Below are positions 1 to 12,438 of a DNA stretch of 64,000 bases, piece after piece (the stretch's first letter is position 1; each line of letters begins with the position of its first letter). The DNA lies in the NCBI GenBank assembly GCA_964016885.1, contig OZ024743.1:70742001-70806000 (forward strand), written 5' to 3'. The notes below the pieces were generated by a model that ran no database searches, was not told the DNA's origin, and saw only the letters and a list, made by a program, of their open reading frames with translations. A program made the position numbers and the translations under genes. Source of the stretch: Eledone cirrhosa. Taxonomy: Eukaryota.

Positions 1-261
1 ATTTCATTCACACGAATTTCCTCCCCTCTCACTCTCTCTCTCTTTCACTTACTTCCTCCCTCTTCTACAAAGCCCTAACCTTGCTTACTCCCTCCTCTCT
101 CTATATATATATATCTCCCTCTTCTAACTAAGCCCCTATCTTGCTTACACCCTCGTTTCTCTTTTTTTCTCTCTCGTCTCTCTTTCTTTTTCCCTCTTCT
201 CTCTCTTACTCTATCTATCTCTATCTCACATTACTTCCCCTCTTCTACTAAACCCTAACCT

Positions 262-301
<40 letters not shown>

Positions 302-567
302 CTCTCTCTCTCTCACCCTTACTTCTCCCTCCTCTTCTAAACCCTAACCTTGCTTACTCTATTTCTCTCTCTCTCTCTCTCTCCCTCTCTCATTATATAT
401 ATATCACCCTCTTTAATCTCCCATTATACACAGTTCTATTACCAGCTACCTGTTCCGCTTTACTGCTATTTACCCCCCCCCTTTTCTCTCCTATACAACA
501 TACTCTCGTTCTCTCTCTCTCTCTATTTAGTCTTTCTTTCTCTTTGGTCTTTCACCCTTTTTTTAAT

Positions 568-599
<32 letters not shown>

Positions 600-771
600 C
601 CCTCTTTGTAGCCTCCTTCTCTCATCTCTTTTCCTATCTTACCTTTCTATCTAGCCTCTTTTTCCTTCTCTCGCTCTCTCTCCCTCTTTCATTCTAGCAT
701 TTCTCTCCCTCTCTCTCCTCTTTCACTGTAACTCTCTCGTTCTAGTCTTTCTCTCGACTCCCTGTATTTAG

Positions 772-818
<47 letters not shown>

Positions 819-950
819 TTTATCTAGTTTCTCACTCTCTATCTATCTATCTTCACTCTCTATATATACATCTCTCTATCTATCTAATCTTACTCTGTGT
901 TCCTTTTTCCATATTAGTTCTCTTACCCCTTCCCTTCCCTTCCCTCCTTG
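1..950. repeat. (CT)n/(TATC)n polypyrimidine low-complexity tract
   Basis: Direct inspection; ORF 350-697 is only a Leu/Ser translation of the repeat. Confidence 0.9.
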
Positions 951-1056
951 GTTGTCCCGAATCTTTCTCATTCATATTTTTTGCTTTGTATCATGCACAC
1001 ACACACACACACACACAGTAAGTTTCCCATTATTCTATTCACACATACTCAGGTAG

Positions 1057-1099
<43 letters not shown>

Positions 1100-1152
1100 C
1101 ATATGTATGTGTGTGAGTGTGTGTATGTGTGTAAATATATATATATTTATAT

Positions 1153-1300
1153 ATAACAAAGGAATTGTGGTAAGGAACCAGATGGACCATAACGCACCAG
1201 AGTTCTCAATACTTAGTAGAGTGGGAAATAGGAAAAAGTATGAGTCCAGAAATAGCCGTCGAAACGGCTTGAGCTCTGCTGTCGGGGTCATACTTTTTCC
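1153..1300 (-). mobile_element. Short TA-embedded element, putative Penelope-like 3' tail (copy 1 of this family)
   Basis: Reverse complement matches 2670-2785 and 14641-14720 (ACTCTGGTGCGTTATGGTCC...GGTTCCTTACCACA); contains hairpin AGCCGT-TTCG-ACGGCT; flanked by (TA)n. Confidence 0.5.
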
Positions 1301-1448
1301 TATATACATATATATGGATGTGTGTGTGTGTAAGTGTGAGTGTGTGTAAATATATATAACTATATATATGCATATGTATATATATATATATATATATAAT
1401 ATATATATCGAGCCGTCTTTGGATTTTAGTCTTCAAATTTATTATTAT

Positions 1449-1489
<41 letters not shown>

Positions 1490-2091
1490 GAATACACAAC
1501 ACATACACATATACTTTCAGAATTCTCCCCCCCCCCCTCTCTCTCTCTTTCTCTCTTCTCCCTCTTCTAGTCCCTCATTCTCTTTTCTCTTTCATTTCTC
1601 CCTATATTTTTCCTTGTTTATCTCCCTATCTGACCCCCCCCCCCATCGTCCCTCTCTCTACCCCCCGGCCTCTTCTCTCTACCCCCCCCCCCTTCCGCCT
1701 ATGCTCAATACCCCTCCCCCCGCCTCTTCTCTCTACACCCCCTGTCTCACTCTCTCCCTCACCACCTCTCTCTCCTAATCCCATGGCTTAGTGTTCGTCC
1801 TACCAGCAAGAGATAAGCAGCTAAGACCCTGTGCCCTCAATTGGCGACCCAGTTTCGTTTCCCCGCTCATCCGTATCACTTCACATCTGTTCGCTGCTAT
1901 TCTCCATGATAAATGCATGAATGCCACACAATCTCTCCCAAACCTAAACCTTGATACTGTACTATTTCCTTTCCTTTCTTTTCTAACATTTCTTCTTCAT
2001 TCTCTCATTCCTTCTTTCTCTTCGCCCCTTTTCATTCACTCCTAGTCTTTATCTCCCCCTTCTCTAGATGCATATGTGTGTGAGCGTGTGT

Positions 2092-2150
<59 letters not shown>

Positions 2151-2167
2151 GGTTTCTCTATATATAT

Positions 2168-2352
2168 AATTGTTTCTACGTTTGGTACAAGGCCAGCAAT
2201 TATCCAGTGCATCACTGGTACTTTATTTTATCGACCCCGTAAGGATGAAAGGCAAAGTTAACCTCGGCGGGATTTGAACTCAGAATGGCAAGGGCCGTAA
2301 CTCTATACGTCAAAGCATGGCGTCCGACCCTCTACCGATACTGCCAATCCAC
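2168..2352 (-). mobile_element. tRNA-derived SINE family A
   Basis: On minus strand: A box TGGCAGTATCGG, B box GAGTTCAAATCC, core GCCTTTCATCCTTACGGGGTCGATAAAATAAAGTACCAG; more than 15 copies in window. Confidence 0.9.
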
Positions 2353-2669
2353 AAGGAGTTGACGGACCCAGCATATTTAACAATGCCAGGACCGGCTGTA
2401 TTTCAGCGTACTCAATAGGTAATGTAGAATAATCAAGATTGAACCAGTTTTAAACTAGTTAGACCATTATTCAACGGTGTATTCGATACTTGCGTTAGAA
2501 GAGCGTAACTATATTAGAAAGAATTGGGGCTCGACGGCTGAGCTCTTACTGTTTAAATAGCTAGTTCCAGACCTGGAACTGTATACACACACACACACAC
2601 AAATATATCTATATATGCATGTGTGAGTGTGTGCCTGTGTGTGTGTCTGTGTATATATATATATAGGAA

Positions 2670-2785
2670 AAGATTCTAGATTCCGCTTCGACGGCTATTT
2701 CCTAATACCCATTCTACTACTCTCAGCATTGAGTACTCTGGTGCGTTATGGTCCACCTGGTTCCTTACCACACTGCCTTCGTTAT
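2670..2785 (+). mobile_element. Short TA-embedded element, putative Penelope-like 3' tail (copy 2)
   Basis: Homologous to reverse complement of 1153-1270; has ACTC..GAGTAC motif; ends in (TA)n. Confidence 0.5.
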
Positions 2786-2794
2786 ATATATATA

Positions 2795-2872
2795 GAGCAT
2801 ACTCTGCTCTGTAAGACCATAGAGTGCTCAACCGGCATACAGCCTATTGAAGCATCTTAGCTACCATAAGAC
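2795..2872 (+). mobile_element. Short TA-embedded tail element
   Basis: ATACTCTGCTC...ATAGAGTGCTCAACCGGCATAC matches reverse complement of 41005-41052. Confidence 0.5.
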
Positions 2873-2969
2873 ATATATATATATGTTAGATTATCGTAGA
2901 ATGAAACATGGAAATCAATTATTTAATGTATTAATGTACTAAACCTTGGTGATCTTATCATTACATCAT

Positions 2970-3028
<59 letters not shown>

Positions 3029-3029
3029 C

Positions 3030-3370
3030 ACCTTGACCTTGACCGACCAGTCTGTCGCCATTCGGCGCCGTTCGTCACAGCACGTAAGTCTAAAGTCTGT
3101 CTTAAGCCAGAAGGCTCATTTGGCCGGTGCTTATCTCGGTTTCATGACTTGAAGCGACTGAGAGTACAAGACTCCCCCCTGGACAGGACGCCAGTCCATC
3201 GCAGGGTTAAACCTCCAGCTATTGCTGGTACTTATTTTCAGCTGAGTAAACTGGAGTAACGTGAAATAAAGTGTCTTGCTCAAGGAAAACAACACATCAC
3301 CCGGTCCGAGAATTGAACTCACAACCTTTCGATTGCAAGCCTACTGCTCTAACCAATAAGCCATGCACCT
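3030..3370 (-). mobile_element. tRNA-derived SINE family B (V-SINE-like central domain)
   Basis: Minus strand: TGGCTTATTGG A box, GAGTTCAATTCT B box, TCCTTGAGCAAGACACTT and GCGATGGACTGGCGTCCTGTCCAGGGG blocks; homolog at 61315-61600. Confidence 0.8.
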
Positions 3371-3383
3371 TCACATGTATATG

Positions 3384-3422
<39 letters not shown>

Positions 3423-3432
3423 ATACATACAT

Positions 3433-3750
3433 GGTGGCTGCCAACTCGTTTTCGAGTACGGCCACTACTTTATATACATGTAGGAGAACCCCTACCGATG
3501 CGCTGAACGAGTGTGACTTTTTAGTCCAGCCAGCGACTTGAAAACTCTGGTACAAACACTACACTTGTGACAATTATTGACACATAGTGCTGGGCCCATG
3601 GTACCATGTGATGACAAGTGCAGAGAGATCTCCAGATATAAAGCAATGCCTGTGCCGTGAAGCTTTTATAGTGAGCAAAGGCACTGCACAAAGTCAGTCC
3701 CACTCTCTTAACCAAGATGATATTTACCAAAAAGAAGAACAAGTCAACAT
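3433..3750 (-). mobile_element. Bipartite non-autonomous RTE derivative, 5'-truncated
   Basis: Near-identical to the 3' part of 13287-13894; microsatellite on both sides. Confidence 0.9.
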
Positions 3751-3767
3751 ACATACATACATATACA

Positions 3768-3830
<63 letters not shown>

Positions 3831-3889
3831 GTGAGGTTTTTTTTTACAAAATGAAAAGTAACCGAGGTGTCCTACACGAGTGAAAGTAT

Positions 3890-4258
3890 AAAGAAAAAGA
3901 AATGAAATCGAAAATGCAACTGGAGTCTTATTTTTAAAAAAAATATATATATTTATTTGGTGAGTTGAGATGGAGGGTCTGTGGTTTTTCTCACGTGAGA
4001 AAAACCACAGACCCTCCATCTCAACTCACCTTTTGAAAAGTAGAAGAACTGCGAAACCGGTAAAGGAACCAAATAAATATATATATATATTTTTAAAATA
4101 AGACTCCAGTTGCATTTTCGATTTCATTTCTTTTTCTTTCACCTGAAGAAGGTCTTATGCCCGAAACGTCGTCCCCCACCTACCCCCCACTCTCCTGAGC
4201 GTGAATTTAATAAACATTTATTGTACTGCCTCTCTGTTCTGTCCCTGTTCAATTTTTC

Positions 4259-4262
<4 letters not shown>
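3890..4262 (+). mobile_element. Fold-back Penelope-like pLTR remnant with hammerhead motif
   Basis: Perfect 72-bp palindrome 3959-4030, outer inverted arms ~3892-3960/4068-4140, then hammerhead core; 4137-4262 homologous to reverse complement of 45246-45372. Confidence 0.6.
4141..4172 (+). ncRNA. Minimal type-I hammerhead ribozyme motif
   Basis: CTGAAGA-A-GGTC-TTAT-GCCC-GAAA-CG-TC; one stem II mismatch, stem I only 2 bp. Confidence 0.55.
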
Positions 4263-4314
<52 letters not shown>

Positions 4315-4330
4315 TGTGTATGTATGTATG

Positions 4331-4364
<34 letters not shown>

Positions 4365-4393
4365 TGTATGTATGTATGTATGTATGTATGTAT

Positions 4394-5324
4394 GGGATCA
4401 CTTAGGATTAGGAAAGCAAGTGATGCTTTCGGAAAGCTAGAAAGGCGACTCTGGGGTCGGCGAGACATATGCAGGAGGACAAAGGTAAAGGTGTACAGGG
4501 CATGTGTGCTCTCTTGTCTTCTTTATGCCTGCGAGACCTGGGTCACATATCGACACCACCTTAAGCAATTGGAGCGTTTCCATCAGATGTGTCTCAGACG
4601 GATCCATGGCGTTCACTGAAGGGACCACATCAGTGATATCGAGATTTTGGAAAGCTCTATGTGTGACAGTATAGAAGCTCTTATGCTTAAGCAACGACTC
4701 CGTTGGAGTGGTCACCTTGCCAGGATGAAGGATTCTAGAATACCAAAACAACTCTTTTATGGAGAGTTGGTTAAAGGAAAACGACCGCCACATAAACCAA
4801 AAAAGAGGTATAAGGATTCCTTGAAAGCCTCTCTGAAAGACGCTAACATCTCTGCTGATACATGGGAAAATATTGCTGCTGATCGTAATAAATGGAGAAA
4901 GACTGTATATGAGGGAAAAGTTGCCTTTGAGGCATCTCGAATCGCATACGAGAAAGTAAAGCGGAATGTGAGGAAGGGCATTGCTGTTGCACTTCCAGAC
5001 GGCGAGGGTCCTCCTATGATGCTGATATGCAGCGTATGTGCGAGACTCTGCCTAAGCAAAGCTGGACTCGAAAGTCATCTTCGCAGTCATAAAGTAAGAC
5101 CAGTGGTTGACTACCAGGCTGCTGTTGGAGATGCTACTCATCATGCTTGCCAAACATGTGGTAGAGAATGTAAATCAGCAGGAGGGCTCAAGCGACATGC
5201 AAAAGTACACGAACTCCAACCACAGCCGACTATTCCCAGTGAATGTTTTGGTTGCCGACTCTGTGCAAGACATTTTAGATCATTGGCTGGTCTAAAAAGC
5301 CACATTCGATCGCAGCGCTGTTAG
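4394..5324 (+). pseudogene. RTE ORF remnant with one in-frame stop (TGA at 4617-4619, Trp position)
   Basis: ORFs 4110-4619 and 4647-5324 are in the same frame and continuous across the stop. Confidence 0.88.
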
Positions 5325-5528
5325 TTGCTATCGTGTGTGTGTGTGTGTGTGTGTGTGTATAGATATGTTTATGTATGTGCGTGTATGTGTATATATATAT
5401 GTATATGTATATTATTATTGTTGTTGTCGTTATTATTATTCTTGTTATTATTATTATTATTATTATTATTGTTATTAATGTATGTGTGTGTGTATATGTG
5501 TGTGTGTGTATATGTATGTATGTGTATG

Positions 5529-5559
<31 letters not shown>

Positions 5560-5642
5560 CTTTTTTTTTCTTTTTTATTTATTTATTCATTTTTTTTTCT
5601 CCTCGTGCAATGGCCATACTCGATAACGAGGGGGCAGCCATC
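4394..5642 (+). mobile_element. RTE-clade LINE, 5'-truncated (RT C-terminus, three C2H2 fingers, 3' terminal hairpin)
   Basis: [54 protein letters not shown] are typical RTE motifs; terminal TGGCCATACTCGATAACGAGGGGGCAGCCATC at ~5611-5642. Confidence 0.92.
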
Positions 5643-5722
5643 ATATATATATAAAATGATATATATAATAGAATTGGAATTTAGCTTCGAATATAGCTGT
5701 ATACCAATATGTATTTGTATTT

Positions 5723-6114
5723 CGTATTTCTAAAGAAATAGGATATGGAAAGCCATAGCTATGAATAACACACTGGCAGCTAACGCCACCTGGTGGTGCC
5801 CGACAGAAGCAAGGGAGACAATCCTCGATGCATTTCGAGGATTGTCTCCCTTGCTTCTGTCGGGCACCACTAATAATTCTCATCAAGACGATCTCTCCGA
5901 CGCTTGCAACTGCCGGACTAAGAAAACAGGCGATAATATAAAGTTTTTTTCGTTTGTGTAAATGAGGTGATTAATCACATTTGCATATGAAGCTGTATAA
6001 GTTGGCTCAACTTTGGCGTGCGACGTCTGGTGGCCTGAGCTGCCAGTGTGTTATTCATAGCTATGGCTTTCTAAATGTTTATTTATAAACATACCGTATT
6101 TCTTTAGAAATACG
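5723..6114. mobile_element. Non-autonomous DNA-element-like unit with terminal hairpins and 34-bp subterminal inverted repeats
   Basis: CGTATTTCTAAAGAAATA / TATTTCTTTAGAAATACG at the ends; GAAAGCCATAGCTATGAATAACACACTGGCAGCT (5748-5781) perfectly inverted at 6038-6071. Confidence 0.65.
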
Positions 6115-6203
6115 TTATGTTTATAGATAAAAGATTAACAGATAGATAGATATTAAGAAAAATAGATCGGCAGATTGGTAGAGCGCCGCATATATTTATA
6201 GAT

Positions 6204-6240
6204 AGTTCTGATGAAGGACTAGCGTCCGAAAAGTTAAGAC
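6204..6240 (+). ncRNA. Minimal type-I hammerhead ribozyme motif (degenerate copy)
   Basis: CTGATGA-A-GGAC-TAGC-GTCC-GAAA-AG-TT-AAGA; sister copy at 27992-28027 has GAAACGTT. Confidence 0.6.
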
Positions 6241-6369
6241 CCTCTTCCTGCTATATCAAGCGTTGACCTAATATATCCCTTCCATATACTGTACCGATTG
6301 TGTTGTTATTTCTGTTTACCTTTTACATATATAGGAGTCATCTAAACCACGTTTTATTGAACCTGATTT

Positions 6370-6650
6370 ATATATATATGTATATATATATCACGTGTAT
6401 ATATATATATATATTTTATATGTGTATATATGTGTATTTTATATATATATATATGTTTATATGTTTATATATGTATATGTATGTGTATTTTATATATATA
6501 TATATGTATGTATGTTTTATGTGTGTGTATATTTTATGTATGTGTGTATTTTATGTATATATATATTTTTTATATTTTTATATGTATATATTTTATATAT
6601 ACTTGTGCGTACATACATGCATACATGTATATATATATACACACCTATAT
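6370..6650. repeat. (TA)/(TG) degenerate microsatellite
   Basis: Direct inspection. Confidence 0.9.
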
Positions 6651-7247
6651 GGATTTGTGTGTGTAGATGTGTGAGTGTCTGAGGGGGTAGGTGTGAGTGT
6701 ATGTAAAAGTCAACCAGCATAAACCTTTTATTTCTAAATTTTCTAAACTATCTAAGTATTGGATTCTAACCATTATTTTAAGTATTACCACTCCACATTT
6801 TGTATGTGTGGATGTGTGTGTGTGTCTGTGGAGGTGGGTGTGAGTGTAGTGCAATCCAACCTACATAAGTCTTTTTATTTGTAAATTTTCTACTCTAACC
6901 ATAAATTTCAGTAGCACCACTCCCCATAAATTCCTCAATTTAAGAATGACCTGTAGTATCTATTTCATACTATTAACCTTAATTGAATATATATCTGACC
7001 AGGAAGGCTTTTTGTGAAAATCAGTCATATGGAACTATTGTCATCTTGCCTGACGGTTTGAACTTTACAACACCACCTGCCTCTTTGAGGTCAAATACCA
7101 ACCCTACTACCATCTACAAACTGACCAATGAGAATCAAGACTATTCTTGCTGACAACATTAAATTATTCCTAACAAGCTCATATGCCCCAAGGCTCTGAT
7201 AACATCAACACTATAAACACAGAGCTGGCATATCTAAGAACTGACTA

Positions 7248-7303
7248 ACTGCCTGATGAGGTCATAGCCATTCAATGGCTATCATCGAAATATATATAGC
7301 AGT
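7248..7303 (+). ncRNA. Type-I hammerhead ribozyme, palindromic stem III
   Basis: Stem I ACTGC/GCAGT, CTGATGA, ~12-bp stem II (ATAGCCAT/ATGGCTAT core), GAAA-TATATA-TA; followed by AATAAA and (TA)n. Confidence 0.8.
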
Positions 7304-7343
7304 AAATAAAGGATTATGAGTTCATGCAATTAACTTATGTTTC

Positions 7344-7434
<91 letters not shown>

Positions 7435-7435
<1 letters not shown>

Positions 7436-8645
7436 CCTGAATTCAACATTTAGAACTATATATAAATTATATTGTTATACTTTGGGAGGGTCATGTTGCC
7501 AATAAGAGACACACGCACCAGTTGCTTTCACTTCAATTTATTTCCATCACATTCTTATCCACTTGGTTTTAATATATTGATATCTCTAAATCATAATATC
7601 TATAACATTTGCTATAATTCCACTTCTTAAAGTTTCATAAAATATATACATATATAATTCAAATTTTTTTTTAATTTTAATTTTAATTTTAATTTTAATT
7701 TTAATTTTAATTTTAATTTTTATTTTAATTTTAATTTTAATCTTAATAATATTTAATTATTTATTTTTATTTTTATTTCTTTAATTTTTTATTTCTTTTA
7801 CAAATTACTTATCTCTTATAAATTATTTTTTTTTTATTTTCTCAAATTTTTAAAATATTTTTTATTAGATTTATAACCACTAACTGATTCTGGATAAATA
7901 TATCTTTCAACATTTATACTTATTTTGACTAAATAGTCTCATACTAACGAATAAATAAATTAAACTGGAGTTTTTCCGTATCTTCCCATTTTAAAATATA
8001 TAAATATAAATACTCTTATTAACTCAGTTAATTTAATTTAATTTAACTTAATATTTACTTATATTAAATACAAAACCAATATCCCTCATAACTCATTAAA
8101 ACAATTATCTATAACATGATATACCCATCTATTAATTAATTTATTTATTTATTTATTTATTTATCTACTTATAACAGAAAATATTATATTAGAAACGAAT
8201 TTTAAACAACTAATAATCGTAAATGCACGTACTATTAGATATATACTTAGAATATATTTCCCCAAAATTAACGTTATATGAGTTTTATTCATCCTCTCTT
8301 GTTTATTTGTTCCCTCTCTCTCTCGTACTATTTTTTATCTTTATCCCGTATATCTTCTCTCTCTATCTTTCTCCAGTGTCATTTAAATAAACGGTAGTTT
8401 TTCAATTATTTACATATTCATTTGCATATTCACACATAAGTTTGAATAATCCCTAATATATTTCCACTATCCAGTGAATTTCCAACCGATAAGGTATGAT
8501 TTTCATGGGTATGTCTCTATTTATAAAACAAACTTTGTATTTTATCTGATGAAAGCGTACAAATGTTGTCTTGGTACCCTAGAAATATATATAATAAAAT
8601 AAATATTGTTTTATAAATATAGTTTCCATTTATTTAATATCATTG
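7435..8645 (+). mobile_element. AT-rich Penelope-like 3' remnant ending in a hammerhead
   Basis: Bounded by (TA)n; hammerhead near the 3' end has the same stem I as the PLE at 18930; no ORF. Confidence 0.45.
8538..8601 (+). ncRNA. Type-I hammerhead ribozyme motif
   Basis: Stem [24 protein letters not shown], stem II AGCGTAC/GTACCCT (imperfect base), GAAA-TATATA-TA. Confidence 0.7.
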
Positions 8646-8659
8646 TATATATATATATA

Positions 8660-8852
8660 TATAACTCACAACATACACATCCTAACATACAATAACATCC
8701 ATACCTGCACATACACACACGCATGCATACATGTAGACATATCTACCTAGTTGATGTAGTCTAAATCCCAATGAAACAGTCTTGCGTCAATGCTGGAAAC
8801 CGAATCTCTCTTCTCTATTGGTAAAAATTTATAAAATTATAAAACCAGAAGG
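8660..8852 (+). mobile_element. 3' UTR-only copy of R4/Dong-like family B
   Basis: Homologous to 10245-10436 (CATATCTACCTAGTTGATG...GAAACCGA..CTCTATTGG..ATTATAAAACCA). Confidence 0.75.
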
Positions 8853-8941
<89 letters not shown>

Positions 8942-8988
8942 CATACACATATACACACATACACACACACATACATACATACATACAT

Positions 8989-9608
8989 GATAATGACTTC
9001 CCCTCGTGATCGAGTATGGCCATTGCACGATATCACATTTTTAATAATTATCAATTAAGCTATCGTGCAATGCCTGTGCGTGAAGATTTTTTCTAAAGTG
9101 AGAAAAGACTGTGCACTGAATCAATCCCACTCTCTGAGCGACAGTAGCTATAACCAGAAAAGAAGAAAAGATCAACATCATCGGTAACTTCTGAGCCGAA
9201 GGTTTTATGTCGGAGTTATCTCAGTTTCCTGAGTTGCCTTCTCCTAGAAGAATGCCCTGACAAAGGCTAGGGGTCCTTCACTCCCAGTGGTTTAACCGCA
9301 CGATCGGGTATCCAGCCCGATTAATTCTATGCCCCCGCGCATATACATACACATCCACCCATGCATATACACATATACACACACATGAACATGTGTATAT
9401 ACATATGTACACACTTTTGGATGGCAGTTGACTCTTATGAGTTCTTCCGCCCTTTGTCAGGTTTTATTTTTTGTCCTGCAGGGTGTCCAAAATCACTCTC
9501 CCCACCAAGTAAACGTGGTGGGGTTGCCAGTTTAGTCACCGACGACCCGACCATGCGACAGGTTGTACTGGATTACATGTTACCAGTAGCACTCAAGAGT
9601 GACTCGAC
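8989..9608 (-). mobile_element. Bipartite non-autonomous RTE derivative, diverged subfamily
   Basis: RTE-type terminal hairpin at 8989-9030, shared internal block, and 5' block (9417-9608) similar to 13706-13894. Confidence 0.8.
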
Positions 9609-9707
9609 ATACATACATACATACATACATACATACATACATACATACATACATACATACATACATACATACATACATACATACATACATACATACATAC
9701 ATACATA

Positions 9708-10436
9708 GTGGCCCAAACACTGTACAATGCAATCCGTAGAAAAGATAGCCCCGATAATAAGCATATTAAAAACTACTGCAATGTGGAAGACTTACATATA
9801 CATAATATGAAAGAGTACTGGTGGAATGTTCCAGTAAAAACCCCAATAAAATGCAGGCTTAACAGACCAGATATTATGATATGGGACAGGGAGAAGAAGG
9901 TATGCATAGTAGTGGAAGTTAGCTGTCCAGTAGATGCCAATATTATATCAAAGATTATCGAAAAGGAGAATATTTATGCAGAACTGATGAGGAATCTGCA
10001 GATACTCCACACTGATTACACCTTCAGATTTATGCCTGTGATTGTTGGAGCACTAGGGTACGTTAGTAACTACCTCAATACAAATCTTGAGAAGCTGGGC
10101 TTCACAGAAACAGAAAGAACACAAGTTAGGAAATTACAAGTACAATCCATTAATGGAACAGTAAAAATATATAAAACATTCCAAAGATTTTGCATCTAAT
10201 AACTGCATATACACATGTACAGATACTAAGCATATACACATGCACACATACAACGCAAAACATACACATCCACGCATACAATAACATCCATATCTACACA
10301 TGCATGCATGCAGACATGCATACATATCTACCTAGTTGATGTTGTGTAAATTCCAATGAGAGAGTCTTGTAACTGTATTAGAAACCGACTCTCTCTCTAT
10401 TGGCAAATATTTGTGAAATTATAAAACCAAAAGAAC
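9708..10436 (+). mobile_element. R4/Dong-clade RLE non-LTR retrotransposon, family B, 5'-truncated
   Basis: ORF 9708-10199: EYWWN..NRPDIMIWD..VEVSCP..KENIY..PVIVGALG is a PD-(D/E)xK RLE domain; flanked by (TACA)n. Confidence 0.88.
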
Positions 10437-10439
10437 ATA

Positions 10440-10981
10440 ATACATACATACATACATGCATACATACATACATACATACATGCATGCATACATACATACA
10501 TACATGCATACATACATACATACATACATACATACATACATACATACATACATGCATACATACATGCATACATGCATACATACATACATACATACATACA
10601 TACATACATACATACATACAAGCATGCATACATACATACATACATACATACATACATACATACATACATACATACATACAGGCATACATGCATACATACA
10701 TACATACATGCATACATGCATACATGCATACATACATACATACATACTTACATACATACATACATGCATACATACATACATACATGCATGCATACATACA
10801 TACATACATACATACATACATACATACATACATACATACATACATGCATACATACATAGATACATACATACATACATGCATACAAACATACATACATACA
10901 TACATACAAACATACATACATACATACATACATACATACATACATACATACATACATACATACATACATACATACATACAT
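10440..10981. repeat. (TACA)n microsatellite, ~540 bp
   Basis: Direct inspection. Confidence 0.97.
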
Positions 10982-11083
10982 GATGGCTGCCCCCTCGTTA
11001 TCGAGTATGGCCATTGCACGCGAAAAAATAAAAAAATAATAAAAAAATAAAAAAAATAATAAATAAATAAAAAAGAAAATAAA
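10982..11083 (-). mobile_element. RTE 3' terminus only
   Basis: Reverse complement of the 5603-5642 terminal hairpin plus the T-rich UTR. Confidence 0.8.
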
Positions 11084-11116
11084 TACATACATACATACAA
11101 ACATACATACATACAT

Positions 11117-12360
11117 AATATTTATGCTGTGCCAATTCTAACCTCAACATTTGGCCTGCTGAACTGGTCATTGCAAGAACTAAGTGAGATGGATGTTAGA
11201 ACTCGCAAACTTCTCAGTGTTACTGGGAACTTTAACGTCAATGGTGATGTGGATAGGCTATACTTCTCACGCAAGGAAGGTGGCCGGGGTCTAAAATCAA
11301 TATTAACAACATATGAGACCCGGATAGTAACACTGAAGCAACACCTTCAACAGAGGAAAAAGGTTGGCAACCATCTTGCCCAGGTTTATGAGCATGAAAA
11401 AAAAAATATCATTAGAATAGCGACTGATCTGGAGGAGAGATATGGAATAAAGCCTGATATAAATCTCTCACCCAGAGAAATCGGAAGATTCTATTCAATG
11501 TTCAAACAAGATAAAAAAATTGAGCAATTTACAGAAAAAGTTGTGCATGGATACTTGAGACGTAAAACACAGACCATAGAGGGGATAAACCACTCAAAAA
11601 GCCTGACATCACACCTTGAGGGATATCTCTATGCAATACAGGAACAAGAACTCCCTACCAAATATCTGCTGCATAAAAGAGGAGGGCCAGCAGCTGACAA
11701 TAAATGTAGGCTATGTAAAACAAAGATCGAGGATGTAAGCCACATTGTTGCCAGCTGCGAAAGAATGTCATCTCGCTACTACCTCCCCATGAGACACGAT
11801 GGGATAGCTAGAACCATCTGGAATGCACTTCGGAAAACAAAATTAACAACAAACGAGGAAGAATATATTGAGACAGATGGCACTAAGGAATACTGGTGGA
11901 ACCTGAAAATAAAAACTGCCACCAAATTAAAGCACAACCGGCCTGATATTGTTGTTTGGGACCACACATTGAAAACGTGTTCTGTTGTGGAGATTAGCTG
12001 CCCACTTGATGTAAACGTTGTCAGAAAAATACAGGAGAAGGAGGACATCTACGGACCATTGATGAGGAGTTTACAAATCCAGTATCCATGATACACCTTT
12101 AGCTTCATACCCATCATTATTGGAGCTACGGGTTATATACCAACCCGCTTGGACCAAAGTATGACTGAACTTGGATTTGCGGACAAAAAGCGCAGCTCCC
12201 TAATTCATAGTCTACAAATGGCTGCGATTGCTGGCACCTTCAAAATTTGCAAAACATTCTTGCGATTCAAGGGATGACAATTTCTTTTCTTTTACAACCT
12301 TGCCACCAGGAAGGTGGCCGGTCAAAAAAAATATACTCGAAATTAAGAGAAAGAGATAAC
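11117..12360 (+). mobile_element. R4/Dong-clade RLE non-LTR retrotransposon, family A, 5'-truncated
   Basis: RLYFSRKEGGRGL, AIQEQ, CCHC knuckle CRLC..HIVASC, RHD, RPDIVVWD..EISCP..K..Y; one in-frame TGA at 12089-12091, frame continues PIIIGATG to stop at 12277; (TACA)n on both sides. Confidence 0.92.
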
Positions 12361-12438
12361 ATACATACAAAAATACATACATACATACATACATACATAC
12401 ATACATACATACATACATACATACATACATACATACAT

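Noticed and set aside
68-350. CCCTAA telomere-like motifs
   Set aside because: Isolated single motifs within a degenerate local duplication, not tandem
4647-5324. Host C2H2 zinc-finger gene
   Set aside because: In frame with RTE RT motifs and followed by the RTE terminal hairpin
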